Shown: positions 22,161 through 36,067, counted from the first letter of the stretch. The stretch: 64,000 nucleotides of DNA from Centroscyllium fabricii (GCA_051313645.2 JBNRSN020000003.1:417260001-417324000), one strand, 5' to 3'. Numbers and translations: made by a program. Notes: a model not told the origin generated them from the letters alone.

Positions 22161-25100
22161 TCTAAATATTGAGAAGGTAACTTTTAATTTGAATTAGTGT
22201 TCAGTTTACTTACAAAAGGGGAGAAAAGTCGTGGCACGTTTTACCAGAACAAGTGGCCGCAGGTGCAGAGCACGGATTAAACTAGGTGTCCTGGTGCAAA
22301 TTACGGAGCACAAATGTTTACAAAACTACTTCCTTTACTGAGCACTTTCAGAACTCCCACCACTCGCCAGTTCTTAGAATTCGACAAAGGGTTTACCCCC
22401 GTCAATCTGCAACTGAGGAGTTGGCTTCTAAATATTTGTTTCTTCCCCCTCAATGTTTGCTATAAAATTAAATCGAGATTTGTATCTTTTTTTTAATTAA
22501 AACGATCCAGATCTACTTTATATTCCAATGTTATTCCATCTATTACAATGGATGTATTGAGTTTTGCACAAATCCCTCGTGTCTAATCCCATGGTTTACC
22601 TATAGCTTCCCATTGGCTAGCGTCCAAACTTAAATCTATCATTGGCACAGTTGTGTTCGGTACAGTTGACCCCATATCACCCTCGCAATGTTAACAGACA
22701 GTATTAATTATTCTGGTTTACTGGGTATTAATGGCTTGACCGGTTAGGTCTTCTCAATTGATTAACTAAAGTAACTAATGATTGTAAAGTCTAATATGCT
22801 TGAACTGTTTTATCAGTCCAGTCGCCTTGTTAGGGTAGAGAGGTAACAACTGGTCAACAGATGTCAGTCAGGCTGAATTAATGATTAATCTGTTGTACAA
22901 CAGGGACCAGTTACTACAACAGACTGTGTTCACATCCAGGATCAGACGTCGTCAGCTGACCAGACATCTCCCAACACAGAATGCAGCTGACAACAGGGTC
23001 CGCCGGTGTTCCCTGTAACATCTCTGTCTGCCTTAAACGGATATTTGAGCGGACTAAATGAACTATTGGGTTGACGTTTCGACCATTTAAAAAAAATGAT
23101 TTGCTTTCCAAAACAGCGGCTTGCAGTAAAATTCACAGTGTCGATTTCACAGTGCACGTGGTCAGAGGTGTGAACAAGTCAATTTAAGAGATTGATTCCT
23201 GTGGTGGGTGTGCTTGTTTCAACTCCTTATTAAACAAAATGAATAAACACGAGGCCGGAGTTTCTTGTACAAACAACGGGCGTTCCTAGTCTTTTCGAAT
23301 GATTTTCTAATTAAAAGAAATAACGTGAACTGCTAACTGTGTCCCTGCACTGGGGTCTTTTAAATCTGTGAAATGAAAGCAGTGTGCTTTAATTTGCAGA
23401 GAACTTAAAAGTTCCAATGATGCTTAACCTTTCTCAAACACGAATGATTCAACCGCCCCCCCCAAATATTTCAGATTTCAGAGAACTTTACTTTAAACTG
23501 AGGTGATGTTATCTAGAAAGACCCAAACAGATTATAAGCTTGGTAATATAAAAGTTGATATAATGATATATTGTTCTGAATATATTTCAATTCATAGTTT
23601 AATCTAAAGAATAAGAATAAAAAGTTGGGCCTCGATATATTTTCTCGAGATGATTGTGCCTTGTGAGATTAAATACATCGCCCACTCTGGTTTTTAACTT
23701 TAAAGATGTTCTTATAATTCGAGTTATACAGCTCAGCAAACATAACTATTTCGCTAAACTGAAATATAACCTGAGAGTAACGAACGATAAGACATATTTC
23801 GAAATATTCTGTTATCTTGTATGGGTGTAAAATGGACCAGCACAAATGAAAATAACTGTGCAGTGATGGAATATATGATTCTATCGGACGGACATCTTTT
23901 ACCAGGCCCCATAAAAGTAGAACCGTCTTAAGTTAAAAGGTCTTTGATTTCAATCCTTTTAAGTTTAAACTTTTTTTCGCTGAGGTAGGTACAATGTGTT
24001 ACACTTTATCCTGTTGAAATACTTTTCCGCTCCGCTCAAAATTGGCTCAGACGTTTCTTCCAAGCAACAGGATTCCTGTCCCAACAGCACTTGTCAGTTT
24101 CATGAAATTTAAAACCAACCAACCAACTAACGATTCACTGATAGTCTTGCTAAAAAAAATTAGCCACGAGTTAAATGCGCCTCTGGTTGTCTTCGGGTTG
24201 AATTTGTGAAACTGACCAAATCCTTCAGTTTTAACACTCCTTGTTCATATATAAACAACACTTAAATGGTGTTGGAACATGTGGCGAAGATGGGCAATAC
24301 TAAAATGGTCATAATCACAATCAACTCGTATAACTGACCTTTCACCTTTTTATGTTTGAGTTGACACTCAATTAATCTGCTTTCCCGTGGAAGATGCGGA
24401 TGTGTTTGGAGATAAGAATTATCCTTTTCAAAGCAGGGATATATATTTTTTAACGGAGTATCAGTCATTTGCCGCACTCCCTTTCTCGGTGTAAGAATTA
24501 TTGAGTAAGTCTATATTCTTTCCACATCTTCCTGCAATGGGGTGTAATAGTCTGTCCTCAGTAACAACTACTGGGAATAGTTCATTAATGAAACGACCGG
24601 CTAATTGCTACTCGAGTTGATGCGCAAAGATGGTAAAGTGCGTTTGAAATCAGGCCGGTTCAATGTGTGAAGTGTATTTTCCAATTTTGTTTCAAAGCGT
24701 TTATGTGTGTGGACCCTTAGATATTTTGGCTGTCTTCTCCCGATCATGAGGCAAGCGCGACATTTAAGTGTTCAATTGAGTTTTAATTAATGGCACTGTG
24801 TAGCTCGACCCTTTGGTCGCAGGACCTGATACACGGAAGCTTTTATTTTTTGCAGGTGGCTACATTTAATGAGAAGTGGGAGAATAAACCATAGAGAGTG
24901 GTAAAAAAGACAAATAAATTCAAAATAGGAATGGACAATTATTACCAGTAATGAAAAATACACCGATTTAAACATGTCATAAGCATCAATACTGACGAGA
25001 ATAAACGCATTTTTGAGGTTTATCTAACCTCTGCTGCCCTACATATGTCGAAATCAGTTGCAGTAAACAATGTTGAATGTTAAATGACCATCTTTACAAT

Positions 25101-26983
25101 CTATTCCCATACTTCACTGAACTTCTCATGGCGTCAGAGAATCAATCGGACATATCTTGACGTTGTAAAGAGTGTCAGTTATTTCTTTCAGATTTTAAGC
25201 TTCCATTTCACCATACAGTGCCTAACTAGTTCAGATATACACGGACACAATCACACGTGTAACAATATACGTGCCAAATTTATTTTTTGTCTGTTTATTT
25301 TCATGACCGGCTCACAAAGTTTCAAATACTTTTTAAATATTTTATAGGTAAGCGCACTTAGCGTTAAAGCAATGTTTGAACCCGTGAAACAAATGATAGT
25401 GAAATCCTATTCCATGTGTAGCTGTTTGGGACGGAAGCAAGTTCTGCTTTGTATATAACCGGATTGAATATCCATTTGCGATTATGCAAAAAGCGAAACT
25501 GAAACTCGGGTTAATGTGTCCATACTGTTCCCGGGATCTTATTTAACAAAGAATGGATAGATTCGGATCAGATTGAATCCCCAGACTGCAGTTGTTTTAT
25601 GTTGCAACATTTAAAAAATGTTTCATACCGAACAAAAGGATCGGTGAATTTTCATTAACTGGCATCAGTGCGTTTACAAACACGATGCAAATACACACAA
25701 CAGCAACCTTCCGGGTTGGAAGGGACATAACATAATTTTGCTGTTTTCTTTTTTTTTAAAGCTGGTCTCCTGAGCTGGAAGCCGAGCCGGCAGGGTAATC
25801 AGATACTGGTGTGTGCTGTTTTAATAAGAATGCGGATACACCGAGCATCGAGCAACACTCCTGCGTCTAAAAATGTCATTTGCAGACAGATTTGCCGCAG
25901 ACGAATACCCCCTGCAGCTAACCTCATAACTCCGCTCATAAACAGGAAAACGTGCAGAAACACATCAAATAAAAAAGGGATTCTTTACTTAAAGAGCGAC
26001 ATAATATTTCCCTGTGAGGATACATTAAGCATCTTGAATCCTTTTGATCTGGGAAGGAAATTCTGAAATAGTCCACGTCTTATTAGGAGCCTCTTGCAGC
26101 CTACTGTAAACTCGGCTTAAAAGTTGTTGTTTTTTTAAAAGTCTGCTCATTGTACAAATGTAATAAATCCCAGCTGAATATATCTCAGCAAGGATTAGAT
26201 GGTAAGAATTGGGTCGTCGTACAGTTCGGGTGCTTGTTGTGTGAACAGTTGATCCGCGCTGCAAACATTCAGGAGTTACTCTGGCAAATCTCCGAAACTG
26301 CATTTCTCAAATGAATTCAACGATGTTAGTTTGTTGCGGCATTTCCCCTTTTAAAACCGCGTTTTAGTTGAAAGTCTGACGCTGAGAAGATGTCGACTTG
26401 TTCATACCGCTCCCCTGATTAACCAAATTACCCAGTTAGGACAAATCGTTACTGTCCAGATCATAACACTCGCATCTAATTAAATCAGACTGGGGCGTTC
26501 TTTATTATTCTGGCGCATGATAATTTTGAAGGCAGACTGTTACATACCAGGGAGAGCTGAGGGGGGAGGGGTAGCAGGATATTTCCATCCAGTCAGATAC
26601 TGTCCCCAATGAACACACACACACACACACAGGCAGAGTTAAATCGTATTCGGATACTCACGAAGTTGTAAACAATCGGGAGGAACGATTCATCCAAAAC
26701 ACATTCAAGTGACACGATGGCGCTTTAAACATTTACACAGCTGTACTTTCTAAAACATGTTTATCGCGACATGAATCGTAGTGATGGCAAACATGTAATT
26801 ACAATTACCCCGCTTTATTAGTGAAACATGCTATGCTCGCAAGAAATCTTTTATTTCCAACCCTAAAGAAGCAATTACAGGGAAATGGTTTGTGGAGAAT
26901 AGATTGGTACAGTGTTGTCTGATTACTGCAGTTGTTATATAGCCGGAGTGGGCAAGTGCAGTAAAACTCGGGCTGATTTGGCA

Positions 26984-27138
26984 TGATGTGGAGGTGCCGG
27001 TGTTGGACTGGGGTGGACAAATGCAAGAAGTCACACAACACCAGGTTATAGTCCAACAGTTTTATTTTAAATCACAAGCTTTCGGAGCGTCTGCCCCTTC
27101 GTCAGGTGAAAGAGAAGCTGACTTAAAGAACGCACATA
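26984..27138 (-). mobile_element. Penelope-like remnant, family B, with 10-bp TSD
   Basis: Flanked by TGATTTGGCA at 26974-26983 and 27139-27148. Confidence 0.7.
27072..27109 (-). ncRNA. Minimal hammerhead ribozyme motif, family B
   Basis: Minus strand reads UCAC-CUGACGA-A-GGGGC-AGAC-GCUCC-GAAA-GCUU-GUGA; stem II is retained with a G-U pair. Confidence 0.62.
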
Positions 27139-30100
27139 TGATTTGGCACGGGCCGAGAAATCAACGCCCATGAACCAATTTCATTGCCACATTGAGAAAA
27201 TGAGTTGACTGAAAAGTAAAATCAGGAGTTGTGGTGCTGACGAGAAGCTTCTACCGATCGTCCGTTAATATTTTCTTTATAAAATAACATAATTCAAGTC
27301 ATTGACAAAGTTCGACCTGGCATATTCCTGCTCAATGGAATCTCTGTCGATGTGTCCGTTCAGAACACTGAGGACCCAGTCACACTCACCGAGTTGTATC
27401 CCAGACTTAAGTTAATACAGAACACAGAGAAGTGGGAGATAACTGAACGGATATCTTCCATTCAAGACACACGCAATCTTCTTTAGTATGAATTATTTCC
27501 ATGTATAGTTAGTGATAAAAGGAAAATGTTTTATGATTTATATTGATGCTTCATGTTGTATTTACGTATGATATTGAGCTCGGGGCGTATTGTACACTGT
27601 CTCGTCGAGTCCCCATAACACGCGTTCCTCACGTCTTGGGATCCAGCTCCTGAAATGAAATATAGGCGCTGAAACCGTGACAAATGCAGTTGTCAGTAGG
27701 CAGTAACTCTGTTCAATTAAAGCAGGTAGGTTTCACGCCCCTCCCATACATAGTCCGACATCCACACGCTGTTTAATTTAAATGATGTCGCTGAAGTTTA
27801 CCAGAAGGAGAGGACAGTCCGAGTGTTTTGTTTTTCGGTTGTACAGTTTTAAAAAATAAACAAACTCCCCTTACAGTTCTCTGGGATCACGAGGTCAAAT
27901 GTTTACCTAAGCCAAATTTCAGCTCGAGATATTTGGGTGAGAATTGTAACAGTTCTGAATTGTCTGCTGGAAGTGCTTCGGTCCCGTTCGCATGAGGCAT
28001 CCATCCATCCCCTGTTGGTCTCTGCAAGTTTGCGAGCGCCTCCTGCTGACGATCCTGAACGCTTCCTTAGACCAGACATGGGAGGTGCTGGAGAACGGTA
28101 CCAGGGAACAGCCACCGCGTGAAGGCAGAAGGCCACAGACGCTCAAGACTCCGCGCTGGAAAATCATGTTGAGTCCCCCCTCACCGATTATTATCAGAAA
28201 TTAAAGCTGTGAATGACATGGTGCCGAAGTGCTTTAGATGTTTCGACAACATTATCACATTGTTCAACTTTAGCCGTTCAGTCGACACACATGTTTTGTG
28301 ATGACACACATTGGAGTGAAATCTTTTACTCGTCCCCCCTTTCAATGTTAACATTCCCTCCCTGTGTATTTAAATTCAAACATACATATTCACTTCAACT
28401 TTCCATTACCGGTAATTACGAACAGCTTTTTTTCCACAGGAAAAAAAAACAGCGAATGTTTAGCAAAATAAAATGCAACTGAGCTTAACTAACCCATACA
28501 CAGGAAGAGGGAATTAGACAGCGCAACAGATTTAAATAGTATTCACAAGAGTTTCCAGTAATCGGAATGTGGCATCAATGCACCATTAAATTACTCGTGT
28601 AAGCGTATTTGTAATTTAATCTAATATCTTATCTTTTCATTTAGCGAAAAAAAAAACACGAAAATAAAACGCCTGATTATTGTACTCGAGAAAATTACTG
28701 ATGAGGGTTTCAAAATAAACCCATAGTTACAAGGGCAATAACGATGATTAATTACAGCTTGTCAATCACAGTGCATGAAGATAGAAATCCAACATCAAGC
28801 AATATATTAGGCGCCTAGAGCAATTACAGGTTTTAATTCACAGTTCAATTTATATCAAATTAAGTACTTGCATTTTCTATTCAGCTAAAATCATTTAAGT
28901 AGGGAGGAATATAATGATAGTTATGTCACCAATAATATCAAGAGATTTGCTAGATAATGGTAACTAATCTACAACCTGTCAGTTATCTGTGCAAACCTCG
29001 ATCCCGTGGATTAAGCAGTCTGCGATTTGAATTCTATTGTTAGGAGTTAGTCACGGTTGCTGGCTGGAAGCTGCTACCTTTGTGTGTTGGTGTTGTAGGC
29101 CGGCTGACAGCAGATGGTACTGGAGATGGTGACGTTTCCATAGAGAGGCTGTTTCTCGCGGCTCCAGGCTCACGATTTGTTCACCTGTCACCTTTTACCC
29201 GGCGCAGGAAACCCAACCTGCAGACAGAATCTGTGCTATCAACATCAACTGCCAACCCACACAACACCTGCTTCACTTCTAGGATAGCCTAAGAGTAGTT
29301 TGGGGCCGATCGTTTTAATGAGTACATTTCAACTGTTATTTTCATCTACCGGGCCATGTCTACTTTAAACCTGTTCCATCGTTCCGTGACTACACGCGGC
29401 AGAAGTGAATGCACTTCATATTTTAACGCCATCAAATGAGGAAAATTAAAGTTAGAAAGGTCTATTATTCATCTCATTTGGGAAGCAGTGCGAACCCCCA
29501 CCCACAGTTAGCGCTGTGGATCAAGTGACTGCAGAAACACTGCCAAGGCCTGTCTATACACGTGGATTCCATGTAACCATGACCTTGCAAATTGGCAGAG
29601 GCAGAACCATGGACAAACACGATTTGCAGGATAAATGCACACATACAGTATATACATTTTTGACTCTGTGGATTAGATCTGGCGCTGGTTTCACTTTGGT
29701 CTTTGTCTGCATTACATCTGTATCCAGTATGGCCCCCGGCTTCTTTGTAACCGCCGCGGAAAGCCTTGATTTCCAAGTTTAATCTTGTTCTGATTGGGCA
29801 CGCTCTGTTCCCCGGACTAACATGATTATTTCTGTTTTCTAAGGCGATCTGGTTGTAGTCTGTGTCAGACAAGGTTCCCAACACCCGCCGTGCGTTATGT
29901 TTAAAAGGTTGGCGCTAACAGCTATATTTGCAATACATGTCGTGTGAATATTCCGATAGGAATTATTTTAATTACAAGGCAAAAAAAAAGAAAGCTCAGA
30001 CGTCACGCCTGGGATCCACGTACTGGGGATTTAATGATAACATGGCATCTGGCCAACGTGCGACTCATTTTTCAGTTACCGTAGGATGCAAAATTCTGAC

Positions 30101-30669
30101 TGTTGTGGGAAAACACCGTATGAACGTATATGTTTAGATCCTATTTGACGCGTTAAAATTGTAATTACTGCATACTTCAAAGACATTATTTCAACTGCGA
30201 GTGTTAAAAGCGATATCTAGTCCAGGATGTACCGCATACCCATTGGGTCGGGAGGGAGATGAAGTTGCCGGAAGAACTCTCATCTGCACAAACTGCAGCA
30301 CATTCATTTGCCTCAGATTACCCCAGCGACGTATTCAAAGCTACCCCACAGGCGCACACCAGCGCCCTTTGTCACAGACAGGCAATAAACTTTCATCTGT
30401 CAGAAATGGAGGTTTACAACGGAGGCACATGTAAGTAGAAAAGTAACGTATCAACCCCGTTTATCTTTGGATTATTCAAACATGCTTTAACAACTTTTAT
30501 AAATCATTTGTTTAATGACGAAAAGTCTATGCATTTACATTACACCCATAGACTATAACTGATGTGTACTACGGGTATTTGCATTTTAAGTTCGTAATAT
30601 GTGGTCCCCACCAATGATACACACACACACACAGTTAAGTTATAGATGCATTAATTCAATTTGTTAATC

Positions 30670-31405
30670 TACGAATCCTGAAGGGGGTGCACGAACAGAG
30701 AGACGGGGGGCGTCATGTTCACAAATCGTTGAAGGTGGCAAGGCAGGTTGAGAAAGCGGTTAAAAAGGCTTGGGGGTCCTGGGCGTCATGAGTATGGAGT
30801 ACAAAGGTGTGGAAATTATGATGACACTGTCTAAAACACAGGTTCGGCCCCAACTGGAGCACAATGTCCAATTCTGGGCACCGCACTTTAGGAAGGATGT
30901 GAAGGCCTTAGAGAGGGTGCAGAAAAGATTGACAAGAATGGTTCCAGGGATGAGGGACTTCAGTTACGTGGACAGACTGGAGAAGCTGGGGTTGTTCTCC
31001 TTGGAGCAGAGAAGGTTGAGAGGAGATTTGATAGAGGTGTTCAAAATCATGAGGGGTCTGGACAGAGTAGATAATAGATAACGGGAAACTTTTCCCATTG
31101 GCTGAAGGGTCGAGAACCGGAGGACACAGATTCAAGGTGATTGGCAGAAGAACCGAAGGCGACACGAGGAATAACTTTTTTACTCAGCGAGTGGTTAGGA
31201 TCTGGAATGCGCTGCCTGAGAGGGTGGTGGAGGCAGGTTCAATCGTGGCTTTCAAAAGGGAATTGGATAAGTACCTGAAGAAAATAAATGTGCAGGGCTA
31301 CTGTGAAAGGGCGGGGGAGTGGGACCAGCTGAGGTTTCTGTTGCAGAGAGCGGGCAGTGGCTGGACGAGCCGAATGACCTCCTTCCGTGTTGTAACCAGT
31401 CTATG
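30670..31405 (+). mobile_element. CR1-clade LINE 3' fragment
   Basis: Frameshifted ORF2 C-terminus (VRPQLEHNVQFWAP..LERVQKR..LFSLEQRRLRGDLIEVFKIM; FFTQRVVRIWNALP) plus 3' UTR. Confidence 0.9.
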
Positions 31406-33396
31406 AACTGCTTCGCAATTGCAGTGAGAATCTTCTGAATTATCAATAGCTACAAACTGTCCCCCGGTTTTGCACCCAGAAAAGGCAACGACTTCCGATC
31501 CAGAGGCTGTCAGCAAGCTATTGTAATTAGGAGACCCTGTTGTGTACGGGCAACGGGTTTGTTTTAATGGTTTAATAAAACGACTATTTGAGTAGCGCAG
31601 CTTCAACTCTACAATGAAGCAAAATGCACATAAAGGTCTTGAATACTGACTGCACGGTGTCTTCTGATTAGAGAATGCTTTATGAACTTTATTAGATTGT
31701 GTTCTGTCACATGCACCAGGATTTTGTAAACTGGTCAATATTAAAGCAATGCCGCCGCACAGACATATTCTCTCACACACACACACACACACAGAATATA
31801 GATCTAATATTTGCTATGAAGCGGTGTATATGTATATGTGTACTGCTATTAGTCACCGATCTCTCGTTAAAACAAACTTGTCCTTGGTCCCAACTGAAGC
31901 TTCATCACCATCCGTGTAGGGCTCAGGCTGGGACAATACGTTAAAAAAAAGCCTCCGCCCATTGCCATGACCTCGTTCCTTTCTCTAATGCATAATTTCA
32001 TACACACACACATATATATATTACATATTACATATAGACATGCAGTTAGTCTAGTTTGTTTTCTTCAATTCTTTGAACTCAAATGATTGATATGCCCAAT
32101 GCATGGCAATCAAACACCACCATGTTCCCGGCCATTCGAAGCAGAAGTTATCATAATCCAGGAGACCTTGTGCACAAGACAAGCCGCCAGCTGAAGTGGA
32201 CCGTCCATCTCGGGTGTCCCCTGCGAGCCTGCCGACGGTGACGCCAGCGGGGCAAAGCGTACCTGCAGCAACGGACCGTCCACAGCGTTTGGTATGGCAA
32301 TCCGACAGTTCAAAAAATAACCGTTACCTGTCCATGGAGCTTCACAACGGAATCTGAATGTTGTTGCTCTTTGGAAAAAGAACCACACGACATCCATTGG
32401 ATTAGCCATTAAATATGTTTGAAGCATATAGCCAACCAATTAGTTATAACTTTTAATTAACATATCCCATAGTATAGCATGCCGTTGATTAGTAGCCCGA
32501 CTATAGATTTTCTCTGGAATCATTTACATTTCTGACCATTTAACTCGTACTAACTAGCTATTGATGTGGGCAAGACTTATCAAGAAGACCTTTGTAATCT
32601 ACAAAAATACATTCAAATAGTCTGATATTTTAAATTGCTGCCACCTACAGAGTTTAAAATGTCTTTAAAACTGCACGAATCATTAAAATGAAACTGTTTT
32701 GTCTGCTGGGGCGGCTTTGCTATAAAGTCTTCTCGTTGGGTTTAAAACGGTGCTGTGCGGTTTGTACTACATTCGGACACTGGCTATCTGAAATGTTGTC
32801 CTTAACCAATAGTAAACGACACTGGCCATTTTTTGATGGAACTTTTAGCTAATTTTCTTCAATTGGCCACTGTGGCCAACAACATGCTGACAGAAAGTTG
32901 CGATATAAAGAGGTTTCATATCGTATGAGATGCATATCCTCCTTCGGTGGTGAATATGTGTCACTTGTAATAGGATATGTGTCAGCGGAATAAAACTGCA
33001 ACGATAATATGGATCTTCTTAAGGCTTATTGTAATGTACTATATTTTTAAAGAGAGACCCTGAAAATGCGATGGCAGAGTGGGATTGGCTTCTGTAAAGA
33101 GACACTGAGCGGTGGCTACGCCTGCCTTTGCTTGCCTCGTCGTGTTGAATCCACATGTTGTGCCATTCTAATCGAATTTAAAACAATTGATGATCGATAA
33201 TTGCAAATTGTGTGTAAATCCCGGTTCTGTTCCGTGCATTGTCACCAAATGTCCTGTTATGTGCAATCCATTTAACTACTGTAAAAGACCTGCTGCCACA
33301 GCCAATGAAGTCTCTGCAAGCACATTAAAAAAATCTGTTTATTATATATCAGTGCCTTCAGTGCTATTATAGTTAAATGCATCTTTGGAAAGTGGC

Positions 33397-33433
33397 AGTT
33401 CTGACGAAAGGTCTTTGACCTGAAACGTTAACT
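33397..33433 (+). ncRNA. Minimal type I hammerhead ribozyme motif (intact core)
   Basis: AGUU-CUGACGA-A-AGGUC-UUU-GACCU-GAAA-CGUU-AACU. Confidence 0.7.
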
Positions 33434-33496
33434 CTGTTTCTCTCTCCACCGATGCTGCCTGGCCTGCTGAGTATTTCCAGCGTTTTCTGTTGTTAT
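33397..33496 (+). mobile_element. 100-bp Penelope-like family A insertion with 13-bp TSD
   Basis: Flanked by TTTGGAAAGTGGC at 33384-33396 and 33497-33509. The insert begins exactly at hammerhead stem I. Confidence 0.75.
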
Positions 33497-33719
33497 TTTG
33501 GAAAGTGGCTATCTGGTGAAGTCCAGTTGCCCAGGGTAATTACTGCAATGAGCCGAACGCGTGTGGTATGTTTGAGATTGATTTGAAGGATAACAATGAG
33601 ACTAACTAATTATGGCACTGCGCCTTTAAGTCTGTGTAAAAAAAAAATGTTGAACTCTTAAAATGTGTTTTGTTTTTGCCATGGAAGCTGGGCAGTCTCC
33701 CTTTAAATGTGAGAGCCCT

Positions 33720-33860
33720 CAGCACGCGTTGCTATAATAGGAAGGAGGCGACGTCCAGACAGCCAATGGGGAGGCGGGGGGGCGGCGACGTACGGTCCCG
33801 GTAGAAAAGGCGCGGAGTCCGCGCTGCTCCCAGCTGTCAATCAAACAGAGAAAGAACAAG
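33720..33860 (+). promoter_or_regulatory. Probable lhx2 proximal promoter
   Basis: CpG/GC-rich patch with CCAAT (33763-33767), adjacent GC boxes, and CTGTCAATCA (33834-33843, a PBX/MEIS-PREP-type decamer), about 450-550 bp upstream of the first coding exon. Confidence 0.55.
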
Positions 33861-34301
33861 CTTTGCAAGTCAGTGGCGTTAAAGGATTACACTAAATGCA
33901 GAGCGAACTCCTCCTCCCCAATTACTCACACAAGGCTTTGCTTTGCGGAAGAGTAACTTACTAAAAACAACAAGCCTTCAAGTCTGCAGCTTTTTGCATC
34001 GAGATCAGACATTGCAAAAAAAACCTGTATTTTTCCCCCCTCTTCCATGTGATCAACTGGGCGACAACACATCTTGATGGGAGCTGTTTAAAGAGAGCGG
34101 GTCCCCCCCGACACCTCCCCCCCCCCCTCCGACCCCTAAAAAAAAAACCGTTCCAAGAGACGTGATTGGTTTTTTTACATTTTATTTTTTAAGACTGACG
34201 CTGTGGTTTGACCTCGCTCTCTATTTTGGTTTTTTTTCTTCTGTTTGAGGACAAGATTTAGAGAAACTGTGGCTCAAATGCATGGGTTAGGTCTGCGTCT
34301 T

Positions 34302-34475
34302 ATGGAAGTACTGGGTTCGAAATCTGAACAAGACACGTGTAATTTCCGTCAGTCAGCGATGCTTTTCCATGGAATCTCGGGGGGTGAGATGCAGGGAGTT
34401 ATGGAGGAGGTGGAAAGACGGTCCAAGAACGAGCAAGCCATCAGTTCGGGGATAGACATGGGGGAGCGAGAAACG
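34302..34475 (+). CDS. lhx2: LIM/homeobox protein Lhx2, coding exon 1 (in-frame ATGs at 34278, 34302, 34359)
   Basis: MEVLGSKSEQDTCNFRQSA-MLFHGISGGEMQGVMEEVERRSKNEQAISSGIDMGERET; donor ACG|GTAGG, phase 0. AISSGID.GE.ET is Lhx2-type. The start codon is uncertain. Confidence 0.88.
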
Positions 34476-36067
34476 GTAGGCACCAGAGCTTTAAACCAAT
34501 CTATAGAGGACTGCGCTGGGATTGGGCAATTGTTATTTAAAAAAAAATCATTTTATGCGTCTACGCTTCACGAAGTAAGTTCTGCATTTTTATTCATATT
34601 TGTATTAAGTATCTTCTGTATAATTGAGAGCATATTACTGCAAAGATACCAGAATGACTATATTAAAACTAAATTAGGAGGAGTCAGTGCTGAAGCCTTA
34701 CCGATATCATCTGGAGTATTTATCAGATTTGTATGATTTAATGAGGCATTAAAATTAATCAGATTTTAAATGAAGATGTGTTTGGGGATACAGCAACTTT
34801 AGAGAATGCTAACGAGTCTTAAAAACTCGACCGAGCAGGGGATCCGAGCAATTTCGGAATATAAACGGGTCCGGACGGTTTTTTTTTTTAATTGCTCTCA
34901 CAACAACAAAAACTTAATAAAAATTCAAGGCTAACACGGTTCAGTGTATCCCTTGAATTTGATGAAGTTTTCATTTTAATTAATGGGCGCGCCCAGGTTT
35001 AGTAAAACATAATTGAAGAGAATCACAACACGGCCACGGAAGATATTTTATCTGAATGTCTATTGCTTATATTCGGGCTTTTCTCGTAAAACGATAGAAA
35101 ACGTGGTCTGGTTTAATTTCGCCAAATATATGAATGGAATCTGTCTGAAAGAAGTGTGATAAAACATATTCGGCAGCTAAATCGATCGAATGCCGTTTAA
35201 AGTGTTTCACGGGATTTGCTGGAAAACACATATTTGATCCAGACAGGTTTATTTCACATCGCTTCCGTCTAGATTACAAGGAACTGTCCGTAATGGGCTG
35301 GTTCATTAGGTTGCTTAGACTTCAGGATGACCACATCTCAGGAAAATGCCTGTATCATAAATAACAGCACATGTCATAAAACAGCGACTTTAAACGTGAC
35401 AGTTATTACAACAGAATATGATTAATAGTTTGGGAAAGGAACACCAATCCCTATATGTAAAATAAACCGGTCCGTTCCATGGAGTGAAATTGGTAGCAGT
35501 AATATTCTGCACTTCAATGCTGCTGAAATGTTTTAAACTGCAGTGATAGTGATGGTGATGGGTGTAAGCGAGGCTCTTTGTGCATAACGGAGCAGGTAGA
35601 CCCCAGTTACTTGTGCAATTGTTCCTTTGAATGTGTGTGAGAATTTGAAGTTAATAGTATATCGAGGCAATAAAAAGTAATGCAAAGTGTAATTATTACC
35701 ATGCGGAAAAACGAGAGAATGCAACTATTATTTGCAATTATTTTGAACTGCGTGTATTAGCCATTTAGTTTCCCAGTAATTTGATGTTAAACAGCACAGC
35801 TTCCGTTAGAACATACCCTAAAACTTTTTTATACGGTGTATACATGATATCATTGGCAAAAATAACAAAAAGTTGCCGTAGAATTTACTCCAGCAAACAG
35901 GCGACATAACCCATGCATTATGCTCCTTTGAAAACTCATCTGCTACACAGTTGATTTAATGGATGGTGTGAGCTCATTGTCGAGCTGATGAGATGTAACC
36001 CTATATCTGGTGTGTTGCAAAGTGGGTGCTGATGGGGTGTATGCTGCTGGTGTGTTTTTTTTCACAG

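Noticed and set aside
27992-28204. ORF containing LENGTRE, faintly like the Lhx9 alternative N-terminus
   Set aside because: Only 3-4 residues match and I saw no suitably placed ATG/donor pair; likely chance.
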